A stretch of DNA of 64,000 nt from Callorhinchus milii (Eukaryota): positions 4,898,001 through 4,962,000 of the forward strand of contig NW_024704766.1 of NCBI RefSeq assembly GCF_018977255.1. Reading direction: 5' to 3'. How positions within the stretch are numbered: the stretch's first letter is position 1; each line of letters begins with the position of its first letter. The translations under genes and the position numbers were made by a program. Below, piece after piece: positions 1-12,453 of this stretch. The notes under the pieces were generated by a model that was given only the letters and a program-made list of their open reading frames with translations, did no database searches and had not been told where the DNA came from.

Positions 1-1347
1 ACTCGACTCCCACCCCCACACCCACCCACCCACCCCCGATGCACGTAGAATTCTTTGCCATTCCTGCATGTCAGCTTTATTATTGCTGTGCGCAGGTTTC
101 TCCCACAAAATGCAATCGATTCACTTTATAGCATAATCCTTGAAGCGCTCGGAGACGTCTAAAGGACGTGATAAGGCGCGAGATCAAACCCAAGGATTAT
201 TATTATTTTTAATGGGTGATTGTCAGCGAGTGTCACCGCTGGGACTGAGGTTCGCGTAAACCTTCAAAGCCAGAGTGGGATAAGTGGAATCACACGGACA
301 GAGGAACCAGGTCTTGGATCACTTTCGAGAGCGAAACACTGATTGTCCAGTGCCTTGGGACGTCCTCCCGACGTACAGGTGTAATTGCGTTGTTTTGGTG
401 TTGTTCTTGTTGTTGGTGTCGGACCGTAGAACTCACGTAAAGTGCGTAAAATACACAGTATGTTTTAAGTCCAACAACAACAACAAATTGGATTTATTGG
501 CCAGGACACTGGGAGAGAGAAATGCCCTTCTTTTTACATCCTCTTTACAGTTTATCCTGTGAAGCGCTTTGAGACGTCTCAAAGACGTGATAAGGTGCTA
601 TATCAAATGCAAGGATTATTATTATTATTATTATTATTATTATCCACCTAAACAGACAGGCGGGAGCTCAGTTTAACGTTTCATTTGAAGGAAAGCACCT
701 CGAACAACACACACACACACATACACACGCACGCGCGCGAGTACAGTACAGGCAGTGGCAGCCCAAGGTTATGAGCTCAAAGGTAAAACCTGCGGTGAGT
801 GATGTTTTGGAGCGGCCTTCGACAAAGATGCACAATGGGCCGATCGAAAGCATTCTCATTAATCGTATTCATTAAGTAAAACTGACAGGCTGCCCTCGTG
901 AGTGATGCATGGCGTCCGCTGCTAAGTGACAGCCCCGAGTCGATAAACACTTTAAAGTGGTTTTAACTTGGAAGTGTGCTAAATGGGAACCCGGTGTTAA
1001 CAACCTTCCTACCCACCCTCCCGCACAATATCCAGCAGCTTTGCAGGAGCCGACTTCATCGAGCGCTTAAGGAGATGCGCTGAGGAATTATCAAGGGGCG
1101 AATTTGAGAATCTCAGTGCAAACACTTCACGATCCACTGTCAAACCCACATTGGGACTTGGAGCTCACGATCTATACTACTCTTCAGTGCGGCGTTTGGT
1201 GGGGTGGAGGTGGTGGTGGGGGGGGGGTTGGGGAAGGAACGTACACGAGACATTGCAGTGCGCAATTAGCTGCCCCGTTGCGCTCACAAAATACACACTT
1301 TAAAGTATAATCCCGTGAAGCGCTTTGAGATGTCTTGACGTGATAAG

Positions 1348-1678
1348 TGGAGTCCTGTAGCTCAGTGGTTAGAGCACTCGCTTTGCAAGTGAGAGACCTG
1401 AGTTCAATTCCAGGCAGAGGGCGAAACCTTGGGCAAGTTTCCTTACTCCACACAGAGCCTAATAATAATCCCTCCAAAAAAAAAACAATAATAAATTGGT
1501 CATTTTCAATCTACGACTGTTTGTGGGACATTGCTGTGCGCAATTGGCTGCCGCGTTCGCCCACAAATATACAGTCAATTCACTTTACAGTGTGTTCTGT
1601 GAAGCGCTTTGGGACGTCCTCCCGACGTGAAAAGCACTATATCAAATGCAAGGATTATTATTATTATTATTATTATTA
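1348..1678 (+). mobile_element. tRNA-Ala-derived SINE, short-body subfamily
   Basis: Head GTAGCTCAGTGGTTAGAGC...TTTGCAA...GAGTTCAATTCC (A and B boxes, TGC anticodon arm), body, 3' stem-loop, (TTA)n tail. Confidence 0.85.
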
Positions 1679-2143
1679 TAAGGCGCTATGTCGAATGCAA
1701 GGATTATTGTTGTTATTAAGACCTGAATTGCCGGAGTCCATGTTAGCAGTGACACCAGCTGGCATTGAATAGTACTCCAGGGCTGATTCTGGATCCCAGA
1801 GCTGACGAGCATAATATTTTATCAATACGGAACGTGCGATAAAATACTTGGGAAAATATTTCGGCGGCGTCCCGCAAACCGTCGCGGCTCGAAATGATCA
1901 ATTTGTAATTTTTTTTTATTCTTGAGGGATTATGGCTTCCCTGGGCTCCCGCATTTCAGCCCACAAAATATAGTCAATTCGCTTCACAAGTGTATTCAGT
2001 GGAGCGCTTTGAGAGGTCTCGGAGACCTGATAAGGCGCCATATCAAAAGAAAGGACTATTTAATGGTTTTGATGTTAGCCGCCAGCCGTGACGTACGAAC
2101 GACCGCCAGTGAAGGGTGGAAAAAAAAGTAAGTCGTTAAAATA

Positions 2144-2149
2144 TTTATT
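2144..2149 (-). terminator. Candidate polyadenylation signal of NKAPD1
   Basis: TTTATT on + (AATAAA on -), ~1.45 kb downstream of the stop, at the end of an AT-rich 3'UTR-like stretch. Confidence 0.45.
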
Positions 2150-3607
2150 GAGCCCCCCAAAAAATGTCATTTTAATACCTTGAAGGATACAGTATATACA
2201 AAACTTGATTTTAAAAAGCTATCGTCACTTAGCAACATGGGGAAAGGCAACACCAGCAAGAATATTGCAGAGAATATTGAGGACACATCCACCTCACCTT
2301 GTAAACAGCTACGCAGCGATCTCTGTGCATTTGCTGTTAAAGCATAGACTTGTTTACTCAAAGCTGTGAACGGCTTTCCACAAAGGTTCAACTTTCCTTT
2401 ATAAATAAGCGCTGTGATTGTAACATTAATAAATTGGTCACTCCAATCCAAGACTGTTTGTGGGAGACGCCGCTGTACATAATTGGCTGCCGCGTTTCGC
2501 CCACAAAATAGACAGTCAATCCGCTTTAAGATATATTCTATGAAGCGCTTTGAGGTGTTCCGAAGTCATGATAAGGCTCGATATCAAATGCAAGGATTAT
2601 TATTATTATTATTATTCACTGTAATTCACTCCGCCAAAGCAGAAAGGTGTTGATTTCGCTTGCCTTTAACACTGCATTGCCTTTCGTTGCATCAAAACAT
2701 CTTCTGCCTTCGTAAGGAATGGCATCTGTGTTTTTTTTTGAAACATCCAAGTGTCATTTTCTCGTGATTATAAGTCGATTTTATTTTTAATAATTCTTTT
2801 AAATCGTCCATCGTCTCCTTTCTCCTTTCCCCCGTTCGTATCACCTTTCCTCTTTGAGGTTCCCTTCCTTGAAAACTGTTGCATTTCCTTGTGAAGTTTC
2901 GAGTGGGCTCATTGGGAAAAGGGCGTGATGTGAAATCTCTCCTTTTCGGGCAAAAACAAATAAACAAACAAAAAAAAAACCAGAAAACCTGCTTCAAGGT
3001 TTGAGTAACAAAACCGACGAATAAAAATAATGCAACAATCCTTCCAACCCAACCCTCCAATTCACCCCAATCCCACCCTACAAACACCCACCTTGCCGTC
3101 TCCATTACCTTTTGACTCAAATTGGACTCAACTTGGGATGGTGACTACTGCTTCCTTATCATCAACGTCGGGTGGGAGGGGGTGAAGGGCAAATCTCCAA
3201 CCAAAGAATGTGACGAGCTTCAAGTCCAATACAAAGAAGCCAGTCACAAAACTGAGAGGCAGGAGGACAGGTTGAGGCTGAGACACAGATAGCCTTTGAG
3301 TTACAATACAGTACAGTAGTGCATAGGGGGGTAACACCCACCTCGATGGAGCATCGTTAAGACTCGCGATCCAAGTGAAAGTTAGCTCCAAAAAAAACTC
3401 CTCTTCGCCATCGCAAGACAACATAATTTACAGTGACCTTTGACCATATAACTTGCCCCAAATCGTACTGGGACATGGCCAGGTCACCAAATGATGCACT
3501 CGGTCCCTGGCCTGACTGGGGTGGTGGGGGGAGGGGGGGGGGGAAGCTCACTCAGCGGGACATGAGCTCAGCAGGTTTGAGAAGGACATGAACCTCAAGA
3601 CATGCCT

Positions 3608-6600
3608 CTAATTCAAGTCGTCCTCCCCGCTCTCGTCGGAAGTCACGTCATCGGCCGCTTTCCAGTCCTTTCTCTTTTTCCTCTCGTGCCCCTCTTCTCT
3701 GACCACAGCTTCGTTTGGTGGATTTCGAGAATCTTTCTTCCTCCTTCTCCTCATCCTCCTCTGCCTCCTTCTCTCCCTCCCCTTCTCCCCATCGTCCCTG
3801 CAGTCGCTCTCATCTTTGCTGCTAGTGTCGCAATCGCTGCTGTCAGAAGAGTCGTTTTCGGAGGCCGAGGTAGAGGAGGGCGACTGCTTTTTCTTGGGCT
3901 TCTTCGAAGTCTTTTTGCGGTGTTTCCTCTTTGCCCTTTTCTTCCCCCGACTGTTAACATCCTTCTCTGCCTTACCCCATTCCTCCTCCTCCTCCTCCTC
4001 GGAACTGTCCGTCTCGCTCGACGACTCGCTGCTTCCCGCTCTCCTCTTCCTCCGCACCTTTTTGTGGGATTTCTTCTTGCGCTTCTTTTTGCCGGATTTG
4101 CTCGAACGCTTGCGTTTTCGAGAGTTCCCTTTGGAGGAAGAGATGCCAGAGTGTTTGGTAGAGTTCTCCTGGCTGCTGCCTTGCTGGGCGCTGAAAACGA
4201 ACAAGAAAATATCGGTTCATACACGAAGATCTACTTTCACCAGCTGTTGGAGACTATTTTATTCACCCACGATTTCTACTGAAATTGGACTTAATTTACC
4301 ACAGTGGACGGGCCTTCAGCCTCTCCGCCCCCACCCTTTGGAACTCCATCCCACAATCCTTTCTCCTCACTCCCTCTCTAGCCTCCTTCAAGGCAAGTCT
4401 CAAGACCCCCCTCTTCGACTTGTACTTCATTGTATTCAGTACAAGTGTTTAACTGTATTTAGACATGCAGTGTGTGTGTGTAAAGGTGTGAGTGGTGTGT
4501 GTGTGTGTGTAAAGCTGTGTTGTGGTGTATGTGTAAGGGTGTGTGTGCGTAAGTGTGTGTGTAAAAGTATGTGTATGTGTGTATGTATGGTGCATGTGTG
4601 GGGGTGTGAGCGTCATCATTCCCATGGCAGATAATAATCCTTCTCAATGTTCAGTGCCACACCTTTCATAATATGGATGGAGTGAGGAGGCGAAGTGCTT
4701 CTCTGACAGCTTGTTTCAGCTCCTCCGCAGTCCAGTATCGCTATTGTGAACAGGGGGGAACTTTGTGGGCACCATATACACAATGGCAACTGATGTATCA
4801 CGACAGTTAGGAGAAACAAGCTATGGATCACTTACCCATCTGATTGAAACTCTTCTGGGTAAAGCTCCTTGTATCCACTGTGTCCCCATCTGAATAAAGA
4901 GAATTAGTCACAGCTTTGATAAGATTTTCAACGGGGAGACTGTTGTTCCCGCTTAACATTTACGGGTAGAATATTACAGCAGAGAAGGAGGCCATTCGGC
5001 CCATCGTGACTACGCCAGCTCTTTGGAAGAGCTACCCAATCAATCACACTCCCGCGCTCTAACCCGCGCTCTAAAAAAAGTCTCCTCACTACCCTTCTGG
5101 TTCTTTTGCCAATTATCTTACGGGGTACATTTATATTAACGAAAGGATAAATCGGCCTCCAATAGAGCTTCGCCTGCTTGTGTCCTAACATACTGCAGAA
5201 ATCACAGCCACATTTCCTCACGCGTAGCTCCTAATTGTGGCTGTGCTAAGGATTTGCTTGTCCCCCTTTAACAGCACGTGGGTGCTTTATAATAATAATA
5301 ATCCTTCTATTTGACACAGCGCCTTATCACGTCTTCGCGATGTCTCAAAGCGCTTCACAGTAAAGTGAATCAACTGCATATTCTGTATATTTTGTGGGAG
5401 AAACGAAACGCATCGGCCAATTGCCCACAGCAGTGTCCCACAAACAGTCGTGGATTGAGTTGTGACCAAATTATTATTAATATGANTTTTTTTGAAGGGT
5501 TTATTTTACACCCCAGCGCAGCGGGTTGGTGACCTCTGCCCTGTGGAGGCGACTACTCTGTACCAGCCACAGCAGTGGCCCAATCTGGCTCGAACCTCCC
5601 TCGGGATCTCCCCTCCTCCCTGAGAGGTAAAATCCTACCGCTTCTCACTCGCCGCCAGCAGCCGGGCTGAGATAGTAAACTCACAGCTCTCTCTCTCTAT
5701 GGGGAAATCCGGATAAATCCGACACAATGAAAGATTTCGCCCACAAAACATATAGTCAATTCACTTTACAGTATATTCTGGGAAGCGCTTTGAGACGTCT
5801 CGAAGTCGCGATAGGGCTCTGTATCAAATGCAAGGATTGTGATGATTATAATCTAACATCAGTGATGGGCAGTTGGGCATCGTGGCACCAGGTTTGAAAG
5901 TAGTTAAGCCTGTCCAACTTTTGGAGTCCCAGCCAGTTTGCAGTCAATAAACGTTTGCTGGACAGAAACAATTAACAGTAACGAAACAGTTTAGCAGAGA
6001 GTGGTTTGACAGTATCTACAGCCTGGCCCTAAGTGAGTTTAAATAAAGGGAACACACAGTCTCTTTGGCACGGTATGCTTTCGCAGAGATCAATTGTGCA
6101 CACAAAAAGAAGTCGATCAATCAGAAAAAAAAAAAAAAAATTGCACTTAATCCTTAAAAACGTCTGGGAAACATTGATCGCCGATTCACAGGAGCCAACT
6201 GTGAAAGAATAATGGCGTCTCGATCCATTTTATCTGCGAGTTGGCCTGTGTTGGTTGTCTGATATATATGGCAGTCACATTTTTCTTTTACCCATTCTTT
6301 ACGCTCCAGAGAAGAAACAGTAAACTTACAATGGGGCGACTCAGGCTTGGGGGGGTGGGGGGGAAGGGGGGGCTGTAGGTCAGCGTGTTTCTGTGATGTT
6401 ATAAGACGACAGCCCAAAGTATTTGGCAGGATATACTGTAAGGATATCCTACGGGAGAGTTTTGTAGGGAATCGAGGAGGCGACGCCGTCCCTTTTAAGG
6501 GGAAGTAAATTGAATTCACGAGGATCGCACCTGTTCGGATCATTCGCCTCAAAATCGTAGAGTTTCTTCGTCCAGTATCTGCTTTCACGTTCGTCCTCCA

Positions 6601-8885
6601 GAGACATCAGTGCCGCATCCACCCTTCTCTCAGCTTCCTCTGCACTGTACCCGTCACACCGCATCCTGCCGCTGGAACATCATAATAACGATAATAACAA
6701 TCATCCTCGCATTTGACACAGCGCCTTAACACGTCGTTGAGACGTCTCAAAGCGCTTCACGGGATTTACTGTAAAGTGAATTGACTGCGTATTTTGGAGG
6801 CATAACGCAGCAGCCAATTGCCCACAGCAGCGTCCCACAAACAGTCATGGAGTGGGCCACCCGGATTTGTTAAACAAAGCGTAAAGAATTTTTTTCTTGC
6901 AACAATCTGATATGTGTTATTTCTCCATGTTTAGTTTATCAATAAAGTGAAAAAAATGCAGGTTGGCAGAAAAATCTGCCTCTCAATAGCACCAATCAAC
7001 TCCCCACAATTTTCTGCAAAATTTTCTATTGGTCCAAGTTATGTTATATGAATCGTTATAATGAAACTGCCGTGACCTTAGAGTTGTTACCACTACTTAG
7101 CACACTGTGCACATCTGTGGGAATTTATATCAGTCATAACTGCTTTGGGGATGTAGATAAAACTGTCAAAATCTCTTGCTGTGTGGAGTGATGCGAGTGC
7201 TATTAGCTTTGCTGAGAAGCTAGGATTGTAATAGAGTCCGGAAGCAGCTCTGTTTATACAATACAATACAAAATGGCATTTGTGAAGCACCTTTCACGTC
7301 GGGAGGACGTTCCAAGGCGCAGAACAGTCAAAGATTTGGAGGGGGAGGCAATGGAGGGTGAAGGGTGGCCGAACGGATGGAACTGACACTCAAGAGTAGG
7401 ATTGCCTTTCACTTCAGTTTGTTCCCTTAAGTGTTTTGTGTGTGCGAGGACGGACTTACCCTGGCAAACCCTCAACAGATTTTCTCCTCTTCTGCTGAAA
7501 ACCTCCTTCATCGTTTATTTGTTTCTCTTTTTCTCGGATTTTCCACATTTCGGACTCTTCCTGAATCTGGAACCACAACAAAAAAAGAGTTTAGCCATCC
7601 GTAACACTGAGCTCAACATGCTCCAGCCCGCTCCATGTCCTCCGCCCTGCCTATCCCACCATCCCGCAGCCCCTTTGCCTCTCACCCTCCCTTGCCTCCT
7701 TCAAGAAGCGGGTCAAGACCCTCCTTTTCGAACCACCTTCGGTCACCCTCCTACCCCCACCCTCCCTGCTCTCCACCCCTACTGATCCCAACCCCCAGCT
7801 CGGGTCCAAAGTCCAGTACCAGGGAACGTCCTCCCAACGTGAAAGCCGCTATACAAATGTAATTTGTTGTTGAAAGATCACAAACTCCAAGTCTAAAACT
7901 CTACATCTCCCATGCCAAAGAATTGATGATCGCTGCAGATTTATCACAAAGTAATATCCATTTGCTTAACAAAAACTGTCACTGGATAGTATTAAACCAT
8001 ATTATTTTATGAGCATCAGTATTCTGGAAATGCTTCAGTTGCCGTGAGCATAATATAGCTGACTCGGGTACACTTGTTTCATTGCAGTTGATAAAATCTG
8101 GAGAACAGAATTGTGGCTGATGTTCAGGAACTAAAATGATGCAATCTTTTGAAACGTCCTCCATCTAAACAACAGCAACTTGCATTTATATTGTGCCCCT
8201 CACGCATGGCGTAGTGGCTGAAAGAGCAGCATGAAGCACGTGCAGAAGGCCAGAGTTAGTCGACCGGAGGCAGCAGGTTGTGGGTTGGAGGTCGGAGAGG
8301 TAGGGAGCAGCCGGGGTACATCCTCGTGATGATCATGTAATCGATCCATTCAGCAATAGGGAGCCAGTGGAGCTTGGCAAGAACTGGTGTGATGGGACAG
8401 AGTTTAGTACGGGTGAGTATGCGGGGGACCAAGTTTTGGATCAGTTGGATCTTGAGGTTGATGCAGCTGGGGAGACTGGCGTGGCGGGAGGTGACGAACA
8501 CATGGAAAGTGGGTCTGGGGTAAGGCAGCGTAGAGAGAGGTGCTTTAGAGGGCATTTCAACAATCTTAGTTCATAAGCACCAGCCATATTTCTGTTACAT
8601 TTCCCCAAATGATTTTCTCTCATTATTTGACAGAGAAAAAAGATTCCATTCCCTCCCTTCCCCGCCCCCACCGCGCCCCCTCAAAATAAGGATCGACTTT
8701 AATGAGGCTTACGCGGAGTGAAATGCTCAGATGTGTTTTTCATCTCAGAGCTGAGACACCCAGGATTTAGCAGTAGCACAGCTCGGAGGTTAAAGATTGA
8801 ATATTTACCGTTTTACCTTATTGTGGGCGTCTCTGTGGCGGATCACATTCCTCAGCAAAAGTTTCCCCATGATAATTCGAGCCAT
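3608..8885 (-). CDS. NKAPD1: NKAP domain-containing 1 (C11orf57) orthologue; spliced CDS span, 5 coding exons, ~317 aa
   Basis: Exons 8885-8817 ([23 protein letters not shown]), 7566-7460 (IQEESEMWKIREKEKQ...), 6671-6531 (RMRCDG...YWTKKLYDFEANDPNR), 4889-4836 ([14 protein letters not shown]), 4190-3608 (Lys/Ser/Glu-rich tail ending DWKAADDVTSDESGEDDLN*). All junctions are GT-AG and phases are consistent (954 nt). Motifs match recalled human NKAPD1 ([43 protein letters not shown]). Head-to-head with PIH1D2 as in human. Confidence 0.95.
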
Positions 8886-9086
8886 CGCAGACACCCTACG
8901 AATTGAAAGCAAGAAAAGCAACGTTAGCCTAGGCTGGAAACCTCAAGGTGAACTTCAGCAAAAGAACAGAAACGCATCTCTGCAATGTACCACATAAGTC
9001 ACCGGACTGATTTCGAAAGAAACACAAGTACAGACTTCACACGCAGCCTCGAGGTGCTTTGTTTCGCCAATAAAGATGGCAAGACG

Positions 9087-9447
9087 TGGGAGTCCTGTGG
9101 AGTAGTGGTTCGAGCACTCGCCTCGCAAGAGAGGACCCTGGTTCGATTCCTGGCAGGGAGAAATGTAAATTTCCTTGCTCCACACGCCTCTGTTTACCTG
9201 ACAGTAATTAAGAACCTGGTTGTTAGTCGATTGGCGGATTGGTTTTCCGAGGGTAATAATCCCTTCAAAAAATTTTTTTAAGATAATAATCATTTGGTCA
9301 CTCAATCCACGACTGTTTGTGGGGACGCTGCTGTGCGCAATCGGCTGCTGCGTTTTGCCCACAAAATATATAGTCGATTCACTTTACAGTATATTCTGTG
9401 AAGCGCTTTGAGACGTCTCGAAAACGTGATAAGGCGCTGTATCAAAA
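9087..9447 (+). mobile_element. tRNA-derived SINE, full length
   Basis: A/B-box head, central CCTCTGTTTACC..CAGTAA..GTTGTTAGTCGATTGGCGG, tail GCGCTTTGAGACGTCTCGAAAACGTGATAAGGCGC. Confidence 0.85.
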
Positions 9448-10369
9448 GCCATGGTCAAAGAGGAAAGTCTTGAGACAGTTCTTGAAGGAGGTGAGGCAAA
9501 GGGATGCTGGGCAGGAGTAAACATACTCTATTGGCACTTCATTTCTTCCTGATGCTTCTTCAATTGTAACTCCTGGGATGAGATTCTTCAGACTACCAGT
9601 TACCCCCATCTTTATATTTCTGCTATCAGACTATAACTCATAGCAACCCTCCTCACCGTGTCAGCAAGGCCTCAAAAGCTCGGGCAGTTTTCCCAGTGAG
9701 CAACTGAGCCGCGCAGGTGCGAAAGGTCCCCCGAATTCGATTGCCGGCCCACGCATCTAAACCGGGGGAAACCGCAACTGTAGGACGCTACAATTCCTCT
9801 TAACGTCCGGATTAAGTTAAACCGTCTGTACGTGTTCGGGCCCCGGGGCGCTACTCAAAAAGGGAAGGGAGAAAAAGAGTTTGTGCGAATTGGCTGTGGG
9901 CGTTCGCCCACACAACACAACACACGGTCGCTGCGCTTTTACAACGATGTCCTGCAAAGTGATTTGAGTTGGTTCGACGATGGGCTGCGATGCGATGGGA
10001 TGCGATAAAGGCCCCGTATCGAGTGGCGGAATTACCATCAATAATATTATCGTCGGTGATAATGAGTGATATTGTTATACACGACGCGTGTGCAATGATA
10101 TCATCATCAGTATTGGGTCACTCTGTACACAACTGTGTGGTCGGGGGGGGGGGGTGTTGTGTGTGTGTGGGTGTGTGGTTAGGGAGGGTGGAGGTGGTGT
10201 TGTGTGGGTGTGTGGGTGTGTGGGGGCACCGCTGTGCGCAATTGGCTGTCACGTTTCGCCCACGAAATACGCAGTCACTACACACTTTACAGTATATTCT
10301 GTGAAGCGCTTTGAGCCGTCTTGGAAGACGCGATGACAACAACTGCGCCCTCCAGGGGACGCTCTTGCG

Positions 10370-11180
10370 TGTGGGTGTGCGGTTAGAGGGGGGGGGGGTG
10401 GGGGTGTTGTTGTATGTGTGGGTGTGGTGGGAAGGGGTGGGGGTGTTGTGTGGGATGTGTGGATGTGTGGTTGGGGGGTGGGAGTGCTGTGTGTGGGGGT
10501 GTTGTTGGGGGTGTGGTTGGGGGGGTGGGGGGCTGTGTGTGGGGGTGTGGTGGGGGGGGTGGGGGCTGTGTGTGGGGGTGTGGTTGGGGGGGGTGGGGGG
10601 GCTGTGTGTGGGGGTGTGGTGGGGGGGGTGGGGGGGCTGTGTGTGGGGGTGTGGTTGGGGGGTGGGGGGCTGTGTGTGGGGGTGTGGTTGGGGGGGTGGG
10701 GGCGCTGTGTGTGGGGGTGTGGTTGGGGGGGTGGGGGGGCTGTGTGTGGGGGTGTGGTTGGGGGGGTTGTGTGGGTGTGGTTGGGGGGGGTGGGGGCGCT
10801 GTGTGTGTGGGTGTGGTTGGGGGGGGTGGGGGCGCTGTGTGTGTGGGTGTGGTTGGGGGGGTGGGGGGGCTGTGTGTGGGGGTGTGGTTGGGGGGGTTGT
10901 GGGGGTGTGGTTGGGGGCTGGTGTGGGGCTGTGTGTGGGTGTGTGGTTGGGGGGGTGGGGGCGCTGTGTGTGGGGGTGTGGTTGGGGGGTTGTGGGGGTG
11001 TGGTTGGGGGGGGTGGGGGGGCTGTGTGTGGGGGTGGTTGGGGGGGTGGGGGCGCTGTGTGTGGGGGTGTGGTTGGGGGGGTTGTGGGGGTGTGGTTGGG
11101 GGGGTGGGGGGGGCTGTGTGTGGGGGTGGTTGGGGGGTGGGGGCGCTGTGTGTGGGGGTGTGGTTGGGGGGTTGTGGGGC
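10370..11180. repeat. G/T-rich minisatellite (unit ~36 bp) in NKAPD1 intron 1
   Basis: Repeated GGGGGTGTGGTTGGGGGGGTGGGGG(C/G)GCTGTGTGT; almost no A on +. Confidence 0.95.
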
Positions 11181-11199
11181 CAATGAGGAGGTAACGAGC

Positions 11200-11670
11200 G
11201 CCTGTTACCTGCTGCTCGGTCTCGGTCTCTGTGTCGCCGCCGCTGACGGACCGCCCTCGCGGGGCCGGAAGTCTCCCGCCGGTCCCCCCCCGAAAGGCTT
11301 CCCGGCGCCACGGAGCGGAACAGCGGCCCCGCACTTGGGTTCCGGCCTGAAAGCTGCTGTGAGGAGATCTCACCCCCGACCCCCACCTCTTCCTTCATGT
11401 GTGTGTGTGTAAGTGTGTGGGTGTGTAGTTGTGGGGGGGGGTGGGGGTGTTGTGTGTGGGTGTGTGGTGAGTGGGTGGGGGTGTGTTTGTGTGTGTGTGT
11501 GTGTGGGGGGGGGGTGGGTGGGTGTGAGGAGGGTGAAAGGGGGGAAGGAATTGGCCGACGGACATGCCTGGGGCTGCGGTGGCCATGGCGACGGGCACTT
11601 CCGGGGGCCGCGGTGGCCATGGCGACGGGTCGAATCGACGGCGGACTGGGACCCGCCCTGAGGTTCGTGG
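11200..11670. promoter_or_regulatory. CpG-rich bidirectional promoter of NKAPD1 and PIH1D2
   Basis: CpG-dense segments. Minus-strand donor at ~11209 (cag|gtaaca) for NKAPD1 exon 1 and plus-strand donor at ~11663 (gag|gttcgt) for PIH1D2 exon 1. Two X-box-like GTGGCCATGGCGAC (11579-11592, 11613-11626) and ETS-type CACTTCCGG (11596-11604) and CCGGAAGT (~11265). Confidence 0.7.
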
Positions 11671-12453
11671 CGGTTTTCTCCTCCGACGGCGGGGGGTTGG
11701 GGGTGTAGGCGGGGGTTGGGGTGGAGGTCGGGGTTGGGGTTGGGGGTGGAGGCGGGGGTTGGGGGTGGAGGTCGGGGTTGGGGTTGGGGGTGGAGGCGGG
11801 GGTTGGGGGTGGAGGCGGAGGGGGTGGGGGGCGTGAAACAGGCTGTTGTTATTAATTAATCAATAATAATAATAATAATGCCGTTTGACCCGGCGCCTTA
11901 TCGTCGCGTCTTCGAGACGCCTCACAGCGCTTCGCAGGCGAGACGGTCAAGTGTGGTGACTGTGCGTCCTGTGGACGAAATGCGGCAGCCGTTTGCTCAC
12001 GGTAGCGACGTTCACACACCTCCCCCCCCAACCCCCATCCGGCCGCCCCCCCCCCACCCCCACCCCCCCACACACACACACACAAACAGCCGTGTTTTGA
12101 AGTGACCACGTGATTTATTATTATTTATTACTTGGGAGGGATTTTTATGCCCCTCGGAAAAGCGATCCCTCAATCGACTGCCGAGCGGGCTCCGACCTGC
12201 TGCTGGTAGACAAGCCGAGTGAGGAAACTTGCCCAATGGTTAATTAAATTTTATTTAGTGAAACAATCCCGCTTGCGAGGCGAGCGCTATAACCACTGAG
12301 CTACAGGACTCCACTAAGTCATTCCTGACTTCTGCAGAAATTACTGTCTTAATCGTGTGTGTGGCTTTCTCTCTCTCTCTCTCTCTCTCTGTGCAGGTCA
12401 CAAAATAGCTGAATGTTGAAAAAAGGCTCCGATGTTTGAAACCGATAGCGACC

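Noticed and set aside
1347-1772. Recurrent ORFs with '[16 protein letters not shown]' suggesting a protein family
   Set aside because: All are translations of the SINE tail and its (TTA)n microsatellite.
1-2140. Expected TIMM8B/SDHD next to the NKAPD1 3' end (human synteny)
   Set aside because: No twin CX3C TIMM8B-like or SDHD-like exon was recognisable in this interval.
3602-4634. Plus-strand hydrophobic ORFs of 226 and 272 aa
   Set aside because: Antisense shadows of the Lys/Glu/Ser-rich last exon of NKAPD1.
7979-8164. ORF containing 'NTDAHKII', resembling NKAPD1 'HTDAHNKI'
   Set aside because: The true exon is 8885-8817; the flanks show no similarity, so this is treated as coincidence.
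10118-11620. 500-aa Pro/His/Thr-rich ORF and overlapping Gly/Val/Cys/Trp ORFs
   Set aside because: These are translations of the stop-free G/T minisatellite, open in all frames, with no coding signal.
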